DNA of 64,000 nt. Source: Octopus vulgaris. Taxonomy: Eukaryota. The position numbers and the translations under genes are program-made. This document shows positions 1 through 11,475 of this stretch, piece after piece. The stretch lies in NCBI GenBank assembly GCA_951406725.2, contig OX597841.1, positions 14,632,001-14,696,000 of the forward strand, written 5' to 3'. Each line of letters starts with the position of its first letter. The stretch's first letter is position 1. Under the pieces are notes generated by a model. That model made no database searches and was not told where the DNA came from. It saw only the letters and a program-made list of their open reading frames with translations.

Positions 1-870
1 AACCTCCATTGCTGTCATCCTGCCATCATCGAGGGCCTGGCTTCACTGCCTGCCACCATTAGGCGCAACTACAGTGGGCTACACAGCACCGACATTGGTG
101 GCATCAACAATGGAGGTTGATTGTCTTCTCTGACGAGAGTCAGTGCAGCATTTCCACCTCGGATGATAAAGTGAGGGTGTGGCGTAGAAAGGGTAGATGC
201 TAAAGAGATGCACATGTCATGGAGAGAGACACATGAGATGGCTAAAGCATCATAGTTTGGGGTGCCATAGGCCTGCATCAGAGAATTGGGCTCCATATGT
301 TCCAAAATGTTGGTGCAGGCAGAGGGAATGGCATCACAGCACAGCGCCATGTTGACCAGATCTTAAGACCTCACATCATGCCCTTTTTCGTGTGTCACCA
401 TAGCCATGTGTTCCCACAGGACAATGCTGCCTCCAACACGGAAAGGGTCCTCATGGACTTCCTGCGTCAGCACAACATCAGAACCATGCCGTGGCTGGCT
501 CTCAGCTTGGATCAGAACCCAATAGAACACCTGTGGGATGAAATCCAGCGATGGTTGAACTAGGTGGTCCCAAGGCCAACAACTCGTGTGGAACTGGAAG
601 CAGCTTTCCTCAGGGTTTGGACTCAAGTGCCAATGGCTTTTGTCAACCGCCTCATGCATTTCATGTACCAAACGGTGTATGGCCATTCTGAACACCCAGG
701 GAGAGCATACACGTTACTGAACATGCCACGCCCTACAATCTAAGTGCATCCAAGAAATTGACTTTATCGGATTTATCAAAATTTATCTCTGACATAATGA
801 AATTAAAACATATTTCACAGTCACGCACGTCTTGCGTTTCTTTTGCGGTTCGGCACAGCGCTGATATTTG
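1..870 (+). mobile_element. Decayed Tc1/mariner transposon (DDE transposase remnant and right end)
   Basis: ORF 297-563 reads ...HVFPQDNAASN...MPWLALSLDQNPIEHLWDEIQ, matching the Tc1 motifs QDNA and SPDLNPIEHLW. Frames are broken. Confidence 0.8.
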
Positions 871-929
871 TGGACAGTTTTCAAAGTGTTGTAATTACGG
901 ATCACCTCTAATTCCATTCTTAACAAAAG

Positions 930-1790
930 CAATCGCCAAGCGCTTCCCTGCTCCCAAAATGCAAATATATGGGAAACTACCACCTGTGCCATCTCTTGTG
1001 AAGGGTAGGAGAGTCCAGTTTGCTGGACATTGTTGTAGAGCTGAAAACGAGGTAATTTCTATCCTTCTCCTCTGGAAGCCATCTGCTCACGATACCAGTC
1101 AAACCAATTCTACTATATGGCTCAGAAACCTGGACGTTATCAAAGAAGCTTGAGAGGCTGTTGGATGGAACCTACACTCGCCTCCTTATGAGAGCTCAAA
1201 ATCTCTCGTGGAAGAGCCATCCAACCAAAATGCAAATATATGGGAAACTACCACCTGTGTCATCTCTTGTGAAAGGTAGGAGAGTCCAGTTTGCTGGACA
1301 TTGTTGTAGAGCTGAAAAAGAGGTAATTTTTACTCTTCTCCTCTGGAAGCCATCTGCTCACGATACCAGTCAAACCAATTCTACTATATGGCTCAGAAAC
1401 CTGGACGTTATCAAAGAAGCTTGAGAGGCTGTTGGATGGAACCTACACTTGCCTCCTTATGAGAGCTCAAAATCTCTCGTGGAAGCGCCATCCAACCAAA
1501 ATGCAAATATATGGGAAACTACCACCTGTGTCATCTCTTGTAAAAGGTAGGAGAGTCCAGTTTGCTGGACATTGTTGTAGAGCTGAAAAAGAAGTAATTT
1601 CTACTCTTCTCCTCTGGAAGCCATCTACTCGTAATACCAGAGGGCGCGCACTCTCCTACCCTGATGTAATCTCCAGGGATACAGGCATCCAGCAACAGGA
1701 CCTCCGTAATGCCATGATGGACCGTGAAGTCTGGCGCAACATGGTAAATTCCATTGTCTCGACCACGGTCGAACAATGATGATGATGATG
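930..1790 (+). mobile_element. RTE-clade LINE 3' fragment with an internal ~270-bp segment present three times, ending in a (TGA)n tail
   Basis: Repeated [28 protein letters not shown] peptide; last copy ends ...[21 protein letters not shown] then tgatgatgatg. Same family as 5300-5870. Confidence 0.8.
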
Positions 1791-1799
1791 CCCCCCAAC

Positions 1800-2205
1800 A
1801 TCATCACCCCACCACCACCACCACCACCGCCACCACCACCACCGCCACCACCACCACCACCACCACCACCACCACCACCACCACCGCCACCACCACCACC
1901 ACCACCGCCACTGCCACCGCCACCGCCACCGCCGCCACCGCCACCGCCACCGCCGCCACCGCCACCGCCACCACCACCACCACCACCACCTCCGCCACCA
2001 CCGCCACCACCGCCACCACCACCGCCACCACCGCCACCGCCACCACCACCATCAACAAGACCTTACACCACCACCAGCAACACCACAATCCCCAGTCCCC
2101 ATCACCACTACAACACCAACCACAACAACAACACCACATTCACCATCGCAGCCACCACAAACAACTAACACCACCACCACCACAACAACAACAACAACAT
2201 CACCA
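1800..2205. repeat. (CCA/CCG)n and (CAA)n microsatellite
   Basis: Direct reading; source of the poly-Pro/Thr/Val ORFs. Confidence 0.95.
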
Positions 2206-2768
2206 AGAGTGCCTTATCGATCTCACACTTCTCCGTCTACCCAGCGTGTTCAATGAAACATGTTTGTTATAATAAATTCATGACAAACATCGGGTCTTTT
2301 CGTTTCCTGTTCAGAAACAATATTTTAAGTGGACAATCATTGGAGTGAACCATATTAATACCAACAATCATTAATGGACAGTTTCCATACCATTAGACAT
2401 TGGTTACAGCTGGGATCATTGTTGCTATCAACGGACAGTCCGGTATTCAAAGAGAGTGCTGCCCTCTGTCATGATTTTGGAAGCAGGGGATAATATTGAG
2501 ATTTGAAGGCAGTCTTTATATTTGTGGACATTACTAACAAAAGTTGTTCGAGCAGTGGACATTACTGGACAGTAATAGGGGACAGTCCTGACGTCTGTGC
2601 CTCAGGTGACCACTAAACTCATAGGTGCTGCCTGTTTCGTCAACCAACAAAGGTAAGGGCTGTTTTATAATCTCCCACTTATTTTGTGTGTGTGTGTGCA
2701 TGTGTGAATGCTGTGTGTGTGTCTATGTCTTTATGTGTGCGGCTTGGATTTGGGATTATCTTGTATGG

Positions 2769-2987
2769 CAGTGCTTTTCAAACTTTTTGCTGGAGTGGAA
2801 CCCTAAGGAAACATTCCACTGGCTTGAGGAACCCGTGTGCAATAATTTAATAGTTTTATGCACACATATCTGCACAGGAGAATTAAAAATTACTGTCGAT
2901 TTTAGCAGTTTTGTAACTTTTTGCGGAATCCCTGGACTGTACTAGCGGAACCCTAAGGTTCCGCGGAACCCTGGTTGAAAACCAATG
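2769..2987. mobile_element. hAT-superfamily MITE
   Basis: Imperfect TIRs CAGTGCTTTTCAA...TTGAAAACCAATG and a perfect 8-bp target-site duplication TTGTATGG (2761-2768 and 2988-2995). Confidence 0.85.
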
Positions 2988-3355
2988 TTGTATGGTATAG
3001 CAGGTAACACGTTGGTCTCGCTCAAGGGCATAAGATTGTGATTTTTATTCTTTATATATTCAATGGGATTCCACACACAATCTCCGTGTGCCTAATCCAC
3101 TCACAAGGCATTGTTCGGCCTGGAGCTAGAGTCAAAATACTTGCCCAAGGTGCTGTGGAGTGGGACTGAACTCAAAACCCCAAAGTTTCTAAGTGAGTTT
3201 CTTAACCACACAGCTATGCCACTTTATGTGTTTATCTTTTGTCATTGTTTTTTTTTTGGGGGGGGGAGTTGTTTTTTTCTCTGTTTTATGTAAATTCCTT
3301 TGAGGTGAGATGTGTGTTTCGTGAAAAAACATTATAAGACAACTTTTACTAACTC

Positions 3356-3405
<50 letters not shown>

Positions 3406-3501
3406 TTCTCTCTCTCTCTCTTTCTCTCTCTCTCTTTCTCTCTGATGATCCTAAAACCAAAGTGTTCCAATTTTCTTCTCCCATTCCAGTCAAAACCAAA
3501 A

Positions 3502-3796
3502 ATGCTGATGCTTCTAATCCTTGCAACGATTCTGACCGTTTCCTCGAATCAGGAATTCGATGAAGCCTTCTACAAATCCTTGGGTCCTGGTTACTCCTAT
3601 ACTTATCTTCAGACTCCTCCAACAGAGAAATTCTACCCAAGCCGAAGTCTACTGGAATGTTCTCTCATCGCTCTAAACAGTCAATCGGAATTCTTTACTT
3701 ACAACAAAGTCAACCGTACTTGTAAGAATTACTCACCCAAAAATATTATGACGGTCAGCAGTGGACAGGACAACAACGAGATGTCCTACTATAGAA
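3502..3796 (+). CDS. Secreted protein, coding exon 1 (signal peptide + PAN/apple-like segment)
   Basis: [15 protein letters not shown] hydrophobic leader, then [31 protein letters not shown]; ends AGA A|GTAAGT (phase 1). Confidence 0.8.
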
Positions 3797-3810
3797 GTAA
3801 GTGGACATTA

Positions 3811-3860
<50 letters not shown>

Positions 3861-3909
3861 TGTTATTATTATTTTTATTATCATTATTATTATTATTATT
3901 ATTATTATA

Positions 3910-3968
<59 letters not shown>

Positions 3969-4017
3969 TGTTATTATTATTTTTATTATCATTATTATTA
4001 TTATTATTATTATTATA

Positions 4018-4053
<36 letters not shown>

Positions 4054-4104
4054 TTTTATTATTATTTTTATTTTTATTTTTATTATTATTATTATTATTA
4101 TATA

Positions 4105-4142
<38 letters not shown>

Positions 4143-4146
4143 TTTA

Positions 4147-4181
<35 letters not shown>

Positions 4182-4585
4182 TATTATTATTATTTTTATT
4201 ATTATTTTTATTTTTATTTTTAATGGATTAAAACCTATGCCATATCAAAGGGGGCAAAATCGTTAATCTATAATTCCATATTAAAAAAAGGCGATCCTTC
4301 AACATGGAACGTGGACAAATGCGTTGGTGGCTATTGTCCGAATTTTTTCCGACACCCTCTGCTTGATATCTGGAATGAACTTCCGATTGATGAGGTATGT
4401 ATACACCTATTCTGATGCTGTATATACTCTTGAAGAATGCCACAGTTAAATTTGCCTGTTTTTGTATTTGTTTTCAATATGATACATAAATAGCTATTTT
4501 AATCCAATACTGTTTGTGATGTGTATAAGGGATTTCTATTCAGTCGGGCGGTTATTCGCAACACCAGTCATTGCTTATCCATTGC

Positions 4586-4620
<35 letters not shown>

Positions 4621-7600
4621 CGCAGGAGTGGCTGTGTGGTAAGTAGCTTGTTTACCAACCACATGGTTCCGGGTTCAGTCCCACTGCATGGCACCTTGGG
4701 CAAGTGTCTTCTGCTATAGCCTCGGGCCAACCAAAACCTTGTGAGTGGATTTGGTAGACGGAAACTGAAAGAAGCTTGTCGTGTATATGTATATATATAT
4801 ATATCTGTGTGTGTATGTTTGTCCCCCTAGCATTGCTTGACAACCGATGCTGGTGTGTTTACGACCCCGTCACTTAGCGGTTCGGCAAAGGAGACCGATA
4901 GGATAAGTACTGGGCTTACAAAAAAATAAGTCCCGGGGTCGATTTACTCGATTAAAGGCGGTGCTCCAGCATGGCCGCAGTCAAATGACTGAAACAAGTA
5001 AAAGAGTAAAAGAGAGAGAGAGGTGTATATACATTAATAAATCCCGTAACTGTCCGTCTACAAGTCATTACCGTTGTTCTTCTATTTATCCTAAGCTGTA
5101 AAGAGTTCCACATAAATAAGCATTCCATAGGATTACACTGGAAGATGGGAAGAACAGATGGTTGCCAACAGCAAAAAGTATAGGAGCTTTTAAGGGCGCA
5201 TTCTGAGGCATTAACCATGAAGAAATTTAACAGATATGAGTGTATGTGTCTATTATGTATGTATGGATTAGTGTACGTGTGAATGTATGTGTGTATGCGC
5301 CCTTAAATATGGTTTCTGATTACAAATATCTTGGGTCATACATATCATCATCTGGAAAAGACTTTCTAACTAGAAAGGGTATGGCCTGGTCAGCCTGGTT
5401 ATCAAATCTAAGTAGAGACTTCAAACTTGAAATCTTCAAAGCCACAGTCGAACCAATTCTACTATATGGCTCAGAAACCTGGACGTTATCAAAGAAGCTT
5501 GAGAGGCGGTTGAATGGAACCTACACACGCCTCCTTATGAGAGCTCAAAATCTCTCGTGAAAGCGCCATCCAACCAAAATGCAAATATATGGGAAACTAC
5601 CACCTGTGTCATCTCTTGTGAAAGGTAGGAGAGTCCAGTTTGCTGGACATTGTTGTAGAGCTGAAAAAGAGGTAATTTCTACTCTTCTCCTCCTGGAAGC
5701 CATCTACTCACAATACCAGAGGGCGCACACTCTCCTACCCTGATGTAATCTCCAGGGATACAGGCATCCAGCAACAGGACCTCCGTAATGCCATGATGGA
5801 CCGTGAAGTCTGGCGTAGCATGGTAAATTCCATTGTCTTCGACCACGGTCGAACAATGATGATGATGATGTATGTATGCATATGTGATGGTGCATGGCTC
5901 AGTAGTTAGAGCGTTGATCTTTTGATCGTGAGGTTGTGAGTTCGAATCCCAGACCGGGCTGCGTGTTGTGTTCTTGAGCAAGACTCTTTATTTCACGTTG
6001 CTCCAGTTTGCTCAGCTGTAGAAATGAGTTGCGATGTCACAGGTGCCTAGCTGTATCGGCCCCTTTGCCTTTCTCTTGGATAACGCTGGTGGCTTGGAGA
6101 GGGGAGGCTGGTGTGCATGGGTGACTGCTGGTCATCCATAAACTACCTTGTCTGGACTTGTGCCTTGGAGGGTAACTTTCTAGGTGCAATCCCATGGTCA
6201 TTCATGACCAAAGCAGGGTCTCTGCATGTATACATATATATATAGGTATGTATGCATGTGTGTATGTATACATACTGGTAACATGTAACCCAGTACAACC
6301 TGTTGAATGGTCGGGTCGTTGGCGACTAAAACCCCACCAAGCTTGCTTGGTGAGGAGGGTGTTTATTGGACACCCTGCGGGATGAAAAACAAAACCCGTC
6401 AAAGGGCGGAGGAACTCTTGAGAGTCAATGGCCATCCAATAAATGCCTTAAAGCTGTATCATGCGCGGGGACATAGAAATAATTGGACTGAATACCGAAT
6501 CGCGCGGTAAAAACCATTGGGAGTGAAGGACTCCTAGCCTTCGTAAGGGCATCCTTCTAGGAGAAGGTAACTCAGGTAACTGGGATAACTCCGATATAAA
6601 ACCTGCGGCTCAGTGGCTACCGATGATGTTGACTTGTTCTTTCTTTTCGGATTATTACTGCTGTTGCTTAGTGAGTGGGATTGACTCAGTGCACAGCCTT
6701 TCCTCACTTTAAAAAAAAATCTTCTTGCACAGGCATTGCATGATAACAACATTGATTAATCTTCGTACAATGGCCATACTCGATAACGAGGGGGCAGCCA
6801 CCATGTATGTATGTATATGTATGTGTGTGTGTGTATGTAGAGGCAGTTTTTTGCATACATACTCTTTTATTCTTCTACTTGTTTCAGTCATTTGACTGCA
6901 GCCATTCTGGGTGCCTTAATATAATTGAAATATGCCAATATTTTGGGACCAGACATCATTTCCCTTCATTTACCTATTGTTTAACCCTTTAAGCATTCAG
7001 ACTTCTTTGTGAAATTTATTGCTGATTTAATTCCTACTGTTTTGAATTAATCACATGTTATTTTGTGACTTCAAGAATTTAAATTGTGTGGCTATATATT
7101 TTTAAAATGACATTGTAGGGTAGGCGTGAGAGGTTGGATCCAGACAGTTTTAACATAAAACAGGTGGAATATTTGGGCCGCATATGGCCGGATTAAATGC
7201 TAAAGAGTTAAGTTTAATTTAAATCAATGGGAAAGAATTTTTCATTGGGAGTGGGGTGTCCCCTGCTGGGGACCCCTTTGATCAAAATGAAATATACTTA
7301 TAATATAGGCGCAGGAGTGGCTGTGTGATAAGAAGCTTGCTTTGCAGCTACATGGTTCCGGGTTCAGGTCCACTGCGTGGCACCTTGGGCAAGTGTCTTC
7401 TGCTATAGCCTCGGGCCGACCAAACCCTTGTGAGTGGATTTCGTAGATGGAAACTGAAAGAAGCTCGTCGTATATATGTATGTATATATATATATGTGTA
7501 TGTGCATGTTTGTGTGTCTGTGTTTGTCCCCCCCGACATCGCTTGACAACCGATGCTGGTGTGTATACGTCCCTGTAACTTAGCGGTTCGGCAAAAAGAG

Positions 7601-9855
7601 AACGATAAAATAAGTACTAGGCTTACAAAGAATAAGTCCCGGGGTCGATTTGCTCGATTAAAGGCGGTGCTCCAGCATGGCCGCAGTCAAATGACTGAAA
7701 CAAGTAAAGAGAAGAAAAAAAAAATAAAAGAGAGACTTATCCTCTCTTCAGGTGAAACTCGTGTTATACGAAAACCAAACAGCTGTGGTAACGATGGTGT
7801 TTGATGGACGAGATACAACCCTTGAAAGTTGGTTCTCAATTGACAAGCTGAAAAGTTCCCCATGGAGTGATCTACCAGTAGAGAACACCAATTATTTCTC
7901 CATAGCTGGATTTCGGTAAGTTTTTATTATTGGACATTAGTAAGTTTTATTTTCACTTCATTTTGCACAAACCCAGTATATATATATATATAAAACTCAA
8001 GACAAAGCATGTATATATAAACACAAACACACATATGTATATTAGGTTGGGGCATAATTATTGCGGCTTCTTTTTCAACAAATTTTATTCAACAAAAACA
8101 ATAGCAATATTTAACAAAAACATCTTTAAATAACAGTTTTGACCGTCTGCCAAGCAAATGGGAAGCAGTAATTGAAGTAGATGGGTGAATATGCTCTGGA
8201 ATAATCATTTAAAGATGTTTTGTTAAGTGTTATTGTTGTTTTTGTTGAATAAAATTTGTCAAAAAAAGCCGCTATAATTAGGCACCAACCTAATCTTTAT
8301 ATATAAAAGTAAGGTTGTGTGTCTGTCTCCTACGATTTAGATTCCTAACTACTCCCACATTTTGCGGTGCAGTTTAACCAAAAGCAGGTATCTTATAGTC
8401 GTGATTCATATCGAGCCCTTCTGGGTATTAGCGCATGTCTACGATGAGTCTACAATTTAAAAAAAAATTTACCATCATTTTTTCCATTTTAATGCATTTT
8501 TTTCGCTATTATTTGGCTATAACTCTCTAAAAATGCTTATATAGTTATTTCCCTTACAAACCCGAGCAACGCCGGGCGATACTGCTAATATAATATAGAT
8601 AAATAGATAACAGTGCCAACAATTGAAAATGTCCTGTCTTTTCTTTGACGCCATACAGCGACGCCCGCCGTTTTTATGTGTCAAACTATCATCAGAGTTG
8701 CGCATATGACATTGGTTGGTTGTGTATTAATGAAGCTAATAAACATTTTCCTGCCTGCAATTGGGAGACATCGAACCCTTTCCCTGCATTCCACTACTCT
8801 AAGAGTGGTTCCAAAACCAATTGGAGCAAAGGTAAGTATTTCATTATTCGTTTTCATGTTTATAAATTTCTTTTTCGTTCCAATTGAAATTGGAATCGAA
8901 ATTGAACCAATCCTATGACTGGCACCCGGCAGATGCCAGGACCCCTGGACTGGTGGTACGTAAAAAGCACTATCCGAATCGTTGCCGATGCCAGCGCCGC
9001 CTCGAATGGCTTCCGTGCCGGTGGCACGTAAAATGCACCAATCCGACCGTGGCCGTTGCCAGCCTCGCCTGGCACCTGTGCAGGTGGCACGTAAAAAAGC
9101 ACCCACTACACTCACGGAGTGGTTGGCATTAGGAAGGGCATCCAGCTGTAGAAACACTGCCAGATCAGACTGGAGCCTGGTGCAGCCTTCTGGCTTCCCA
9201 GATCCCCAGTCGAACCGTCCAACCCATGCTAGCATGGAAAGCGGACGCTAAACGATGATGAGGATGATGATGATGATGTTCTGTGTCAGAGCTGCATTGC
9301 CAAAAACTCATTTAACCACAGAAGTCTTTTGTAATATTCCAAGAATCCTGGAACCGATACCAAAATATTTTACAAACAGCCTTCGCTGTCCCAGTCTTAA
9401 TTAAACGTTAAATCAAACAAACGATGCTTCGGGAAAAGACTTTATTCGTTAACAAAAAAACTAATTAAATAACTTTAGTATTTTCAAAATGGTGGAAAAC
9501 ACTTTTTGTTATGTTTTGGTAGGGTCAGCAGGGACAGTAGCAGTAGTAGTAGTAGTAGTAGTAGTTGTAGTGGTGTTAAAAGTTGTAGTAGTGTTGGTAG
9601 TGGTAGCTGTTGCGGCAGCGGCAGTAATAGTGCTCATTGTAGTAGTAGTAGTAGTAGCAGCAGCAGCAGCAGCAGTAGTAGTAGTGGTGGTGGTGGTGGT
9701 GGTGGTGGTGGTGGTGGTGGTGATAGTAGTAGTAGTAGTAGTTGTAGTAGTAGTAGTAGTAGTGGTTGTTATTGATGTTGTTGTTTTTGTTGTTATTTTC
9801 AGGATACGGAGTCGCCGATTCCATGGCCATCTTCATCCGTCTGAGACAAAACTAA
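3502..9855 (+). CDS. Spliced gene span: secreted ~286-aa protein with signal peptide, PAN/apple-like segment and uncharacterised Trp/Cys-rich domain; coding exons 3502-3796, ~4222-4394, 7752-7915, 8659-8831, 9803-9855
   Basis: Phase-consistent GT donors (3797, 4395, 7916, 8832) and AG acceptors (7751, 8658, 9802) give one continuous frame; AATAAA at 9957-9962. The exon-2 acceptor AG is not visible. Possible upstream non-coding exon ending 2652 (AAG|GTAAGG) spliced to an acceptor at 3489. Confidence 0.8.
3805..4221. repeat. (ATT)n compound microsatellite filling the intron
   Basis: Direct reading. Confidence 0.95.
4222..4394 (+). CDS. Secreted protein, coding exon 2
   Basis: [57 protein letters not shown]|GTATGT; 5' boundary approximate because no AG is present. 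Confidence 0.7.
4618..5012 (+). mobile_element. Dominant tRNA-derived SINE, full-length copy (about 20 full or partial copies in the window)
   Basis: Head GGCGCAGGAGTGGCTGTGTGGTAAG (A-box) ...GGTTCAGTCCC (B-box-like), CORE-like CACCTTGGGCAAGTGTCTT, central AT/GT microsatellite, tail CCAGCATGGCCGCAGTCAAATGACTGAAACAAG(TAAAAGAG)n. Confidence 0.9.
5300..5870 (+). mobile_element. 5'-truncated RTE LINE
   Basis: [10 protein letters not shown]...[21 protein letters not shown] (RTE RT C-terminal region) with an in-frame stop and a (TGA)n tail. Confidence 0.85.
5888..6222 (+). mobile_element. Second tRNA-derived CORE-type SINE
   Basis: TGGCTCAGTAGTTAGAGC A-box, GTTCGAATCCC B-box, then GTGTTCTTGAGCAAGAC core; related heads at ~13130, ~49295 and ~61460-61570 (-). 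Confidence 0.75.
6983..7210. mobile_element. piggyBac-type MITE
   Basis: TTAA CCCTTTAAGCATT ... AATGCTAAAGAG TTAA ends; relatives at 57635-58274 and 43733-43952. Confidence 0.6.
7307..7710 (+). mobile_element. Dominant SINE copy
   Basis: Same sequence as 4618-5012. Confidence 0.9.
7752..7915 (+). CDS. Secreted protein, coding exon 3
   Basis: cttcag|[55 protein letters not shown]|gtaag; phase 0 to 2. Confidence 0.85.
8041..8293. mobile_element. mariner-derived MITE with ~90-bp inverted arms
   Basis: ATTAGGTTGGGGCATAATTATTGCGGC...GCCGCTATAATTAGGCACCAACCTAA (Hsmar1/MADE-like TIR); interior retains a frameshifted [14 protein letters not shown] transposase C-terminus. Confidence 0.8.
8294..8588 (+). 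mobile_element. Non-autonomous Helitron
   Basis: 5' TC, subterminal hairpin CCCGAGCAACGCCGGG, 3' CTAA (CTRR), inserted between A and T with no TSD. Confidence 0.85.
8659..8831 (+). CDS. Secreted protein, coding exon 4
   Basis: catacag|(R)[57 protein letters not shown]|gtaagt; phase 2 to 1. Confidence 0.85.
8915..9277 (+). mobile_element. RTE LINE 3'-UTR fragment with (TGA)n tail (more than 15 copies in the window)
   Basis: GTTGGCATTAGGAAGGGCATCCAGCTGTAG...GCGGACGCTAAACGATGATG; linked to an RTE ORF end at 47620-47712. Confidence 0.75.
9803..9855 (+). CDS. Secreted protein, last coding exon
   Basis: ttttcag|(G)[16 protein letters not shown]; AATAAA at 9957. Confidence 0.8.
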
Positions 9856-10056
9856 CCAATCCCAGTTTATGTCTAATGCAAGCACCGTTGTTGTTGAGCA
9901 CCATCCCAATACCAATATGACCACCACCACTGAGCACCTGTCAGCTATTGTCACCGAATAAAGTTTCCACATTAACCTTTCGATCCGAAATCCTTCTCTT
10001 CTGGTTCTCTTTCTAGCTTCTTTGGTGACTCCAAAGAAGTTGAGTTCTTCTCTTGT

Positions 10057-10943
10057 GATTTAGATTCCTAACTACTCCCACATTTTGCAGTGCAGTTTAA
10101 CCAAAACCGGGTATCTTATAGTCGTGATTCATATCGAGCCCTTCTGGGTATTAGCGCGCGTCTACAATGAGTCTACAATTTTTAAAAAAATTTACCATCT
10201 TTTTTTTCCATTTTAATGCATTTTTTCGCTATTATATAAGGAAAGTAACTCTCTAAAAATGTCTACGATGAGTCTACGATTAAAAAAAATGTTTACCATC
10301 ATTTTTTTTCATTTAAATGCATTTTTTCGCTATTATATAAGGAAAGTAACTCTCTAAAAATGTCTATGATGAGTCTACGATTTAAAAAAAAAAGTTTACC
10401 ATCATTTTTTTCCATTTTAATGCATTTTTTCACTATTATATAAGGAAAGTAACTTTCTAAAAATGTCTACGATGAGTCTACGATTTAGAAAAAGTTTACC
10501 ATCATTATTTTTCCATTTTAATGCATTTTTTCGCTATTATATAAGGGAAGTAACTCTCTAAAAATGTCTACGATCAGTCTACGATTTAAAAATAAATTTA
10601 CCATCATTTTTTCCATTTTAATGCATTTTTTCGCTATTATATAAGGGAAGTAACTCTCTAAAAATGTCTACGATGAGTCAACGATTTAAAAACAAATTCA
10701 CCATAATTTTTTTTCCATTTTTAATGCATTTTTTTGCTATTGTTTTCCATTTTAATGCATATTTCTCGCTATTATATAAGGGAAGTAACTCTCTAAAAAT
10801 GTCTACGATGAGTCAACGATTTAAAAAAAATTTACCATCATTTTTTTTCCATTTTTAATGCATTTTCTTGCTATTTTTTGGCTATAACTCTCTAAAAATG
10901 CTTATATAGTTATTTCCCTTACAAACCCGAGCGATACTGCTAG
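10057..10943 (+). mobile_element. Helitron copy with internal tandem expansion of a ~120-bp unit
   Basis: Same family as 8294-8588; unit TCTACGATGAGTC...AAGTAACTCTCTAAAAATG repeated about 6 times; ends CTAG|T; 3' hairpin partly deleted. Confidence 0.85.
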
Positions 10944-11189
10944 TACCTATTATAATGGGTAATACTACGTGTGCTTTTCATGTTTTTCATTGCGGCTGAA
11001 GATAGCTTTAAACCATCCTTTATATCTATTATACACTGATGTAAGAACAGATTGTTTTATAAAGCTTGAAACATGTGTACCGCAACATCCTTCGTGTTCT
11101 GTTTTTGATTTCATTTGATACATATATCCTCTCCCCTCTGCCGCTAGCTGGCATATACAGGTGCGTACACTTATCATATATATATATAT

Positions 11190-11220
<31 letters not shown>

Positions 11221-11404
11221 AACAATTGCAGCGTGGAAGGTGTTTGTAAGCCATTTAAGAAACACACAAAAAAAGTTCGATTCACTTCAACATTTAAGAT
11301 TTACGAAAATATTTTGGCAAATTAAACTTAAATGTTGAAGTGAATCGAATGGCTTTTGTGTGTTTCTTAAATGGCTTTATAAACACCTTCCACGCTGCAA
11401 TTGT
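11221..11404. repeat. Long near-perfect inverted repeat (~77-bp arms)
   Basis: AACAATTGCAGCGTGGAAGGTGTTT...CAACATTTAAG and its reverse complement around a ~27-nt spacer. Confidence 0.85.
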
Positions 11405-11442
11405 TTTCGTTCCAGCACACGATCTCAGATCAAATCACTTGC

Positions 11443-11475
<33 letters not shown>

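Noticed and set aside
1754-2272. Mucin-like or poly-Pro proteins; likewise the His-, Asp-, Val- and Cys/Val-rich ORFs at 9489, 12449, 44887, 45966, 59439 and 62450
   Set aside because: Trinucleotide or dinucleotide microsatellites open in several frames, mostly inside introns.
3445-4266. 273-aa single-exon membrane protein
   Set aside because: Only 3502-3796 is credible coding sequence; the poly-Leu/Ile part is the intronic (ATT)n tract after a consensus donor.
4652-4843. Recurrent small ORFs such as ...[13 protein letters not shown]...[16 protein letters not shown] and ...[14 protein letters not shown]
   Set aside because: Antisense translations of the dominant SINE, not a gene family.
5888-5960. 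tRNA genes at SINE heads (also 60399 and others)
   Set aside because: A/B boxes are present but there is no complete cloverleaf, and each continues into a SINE body.
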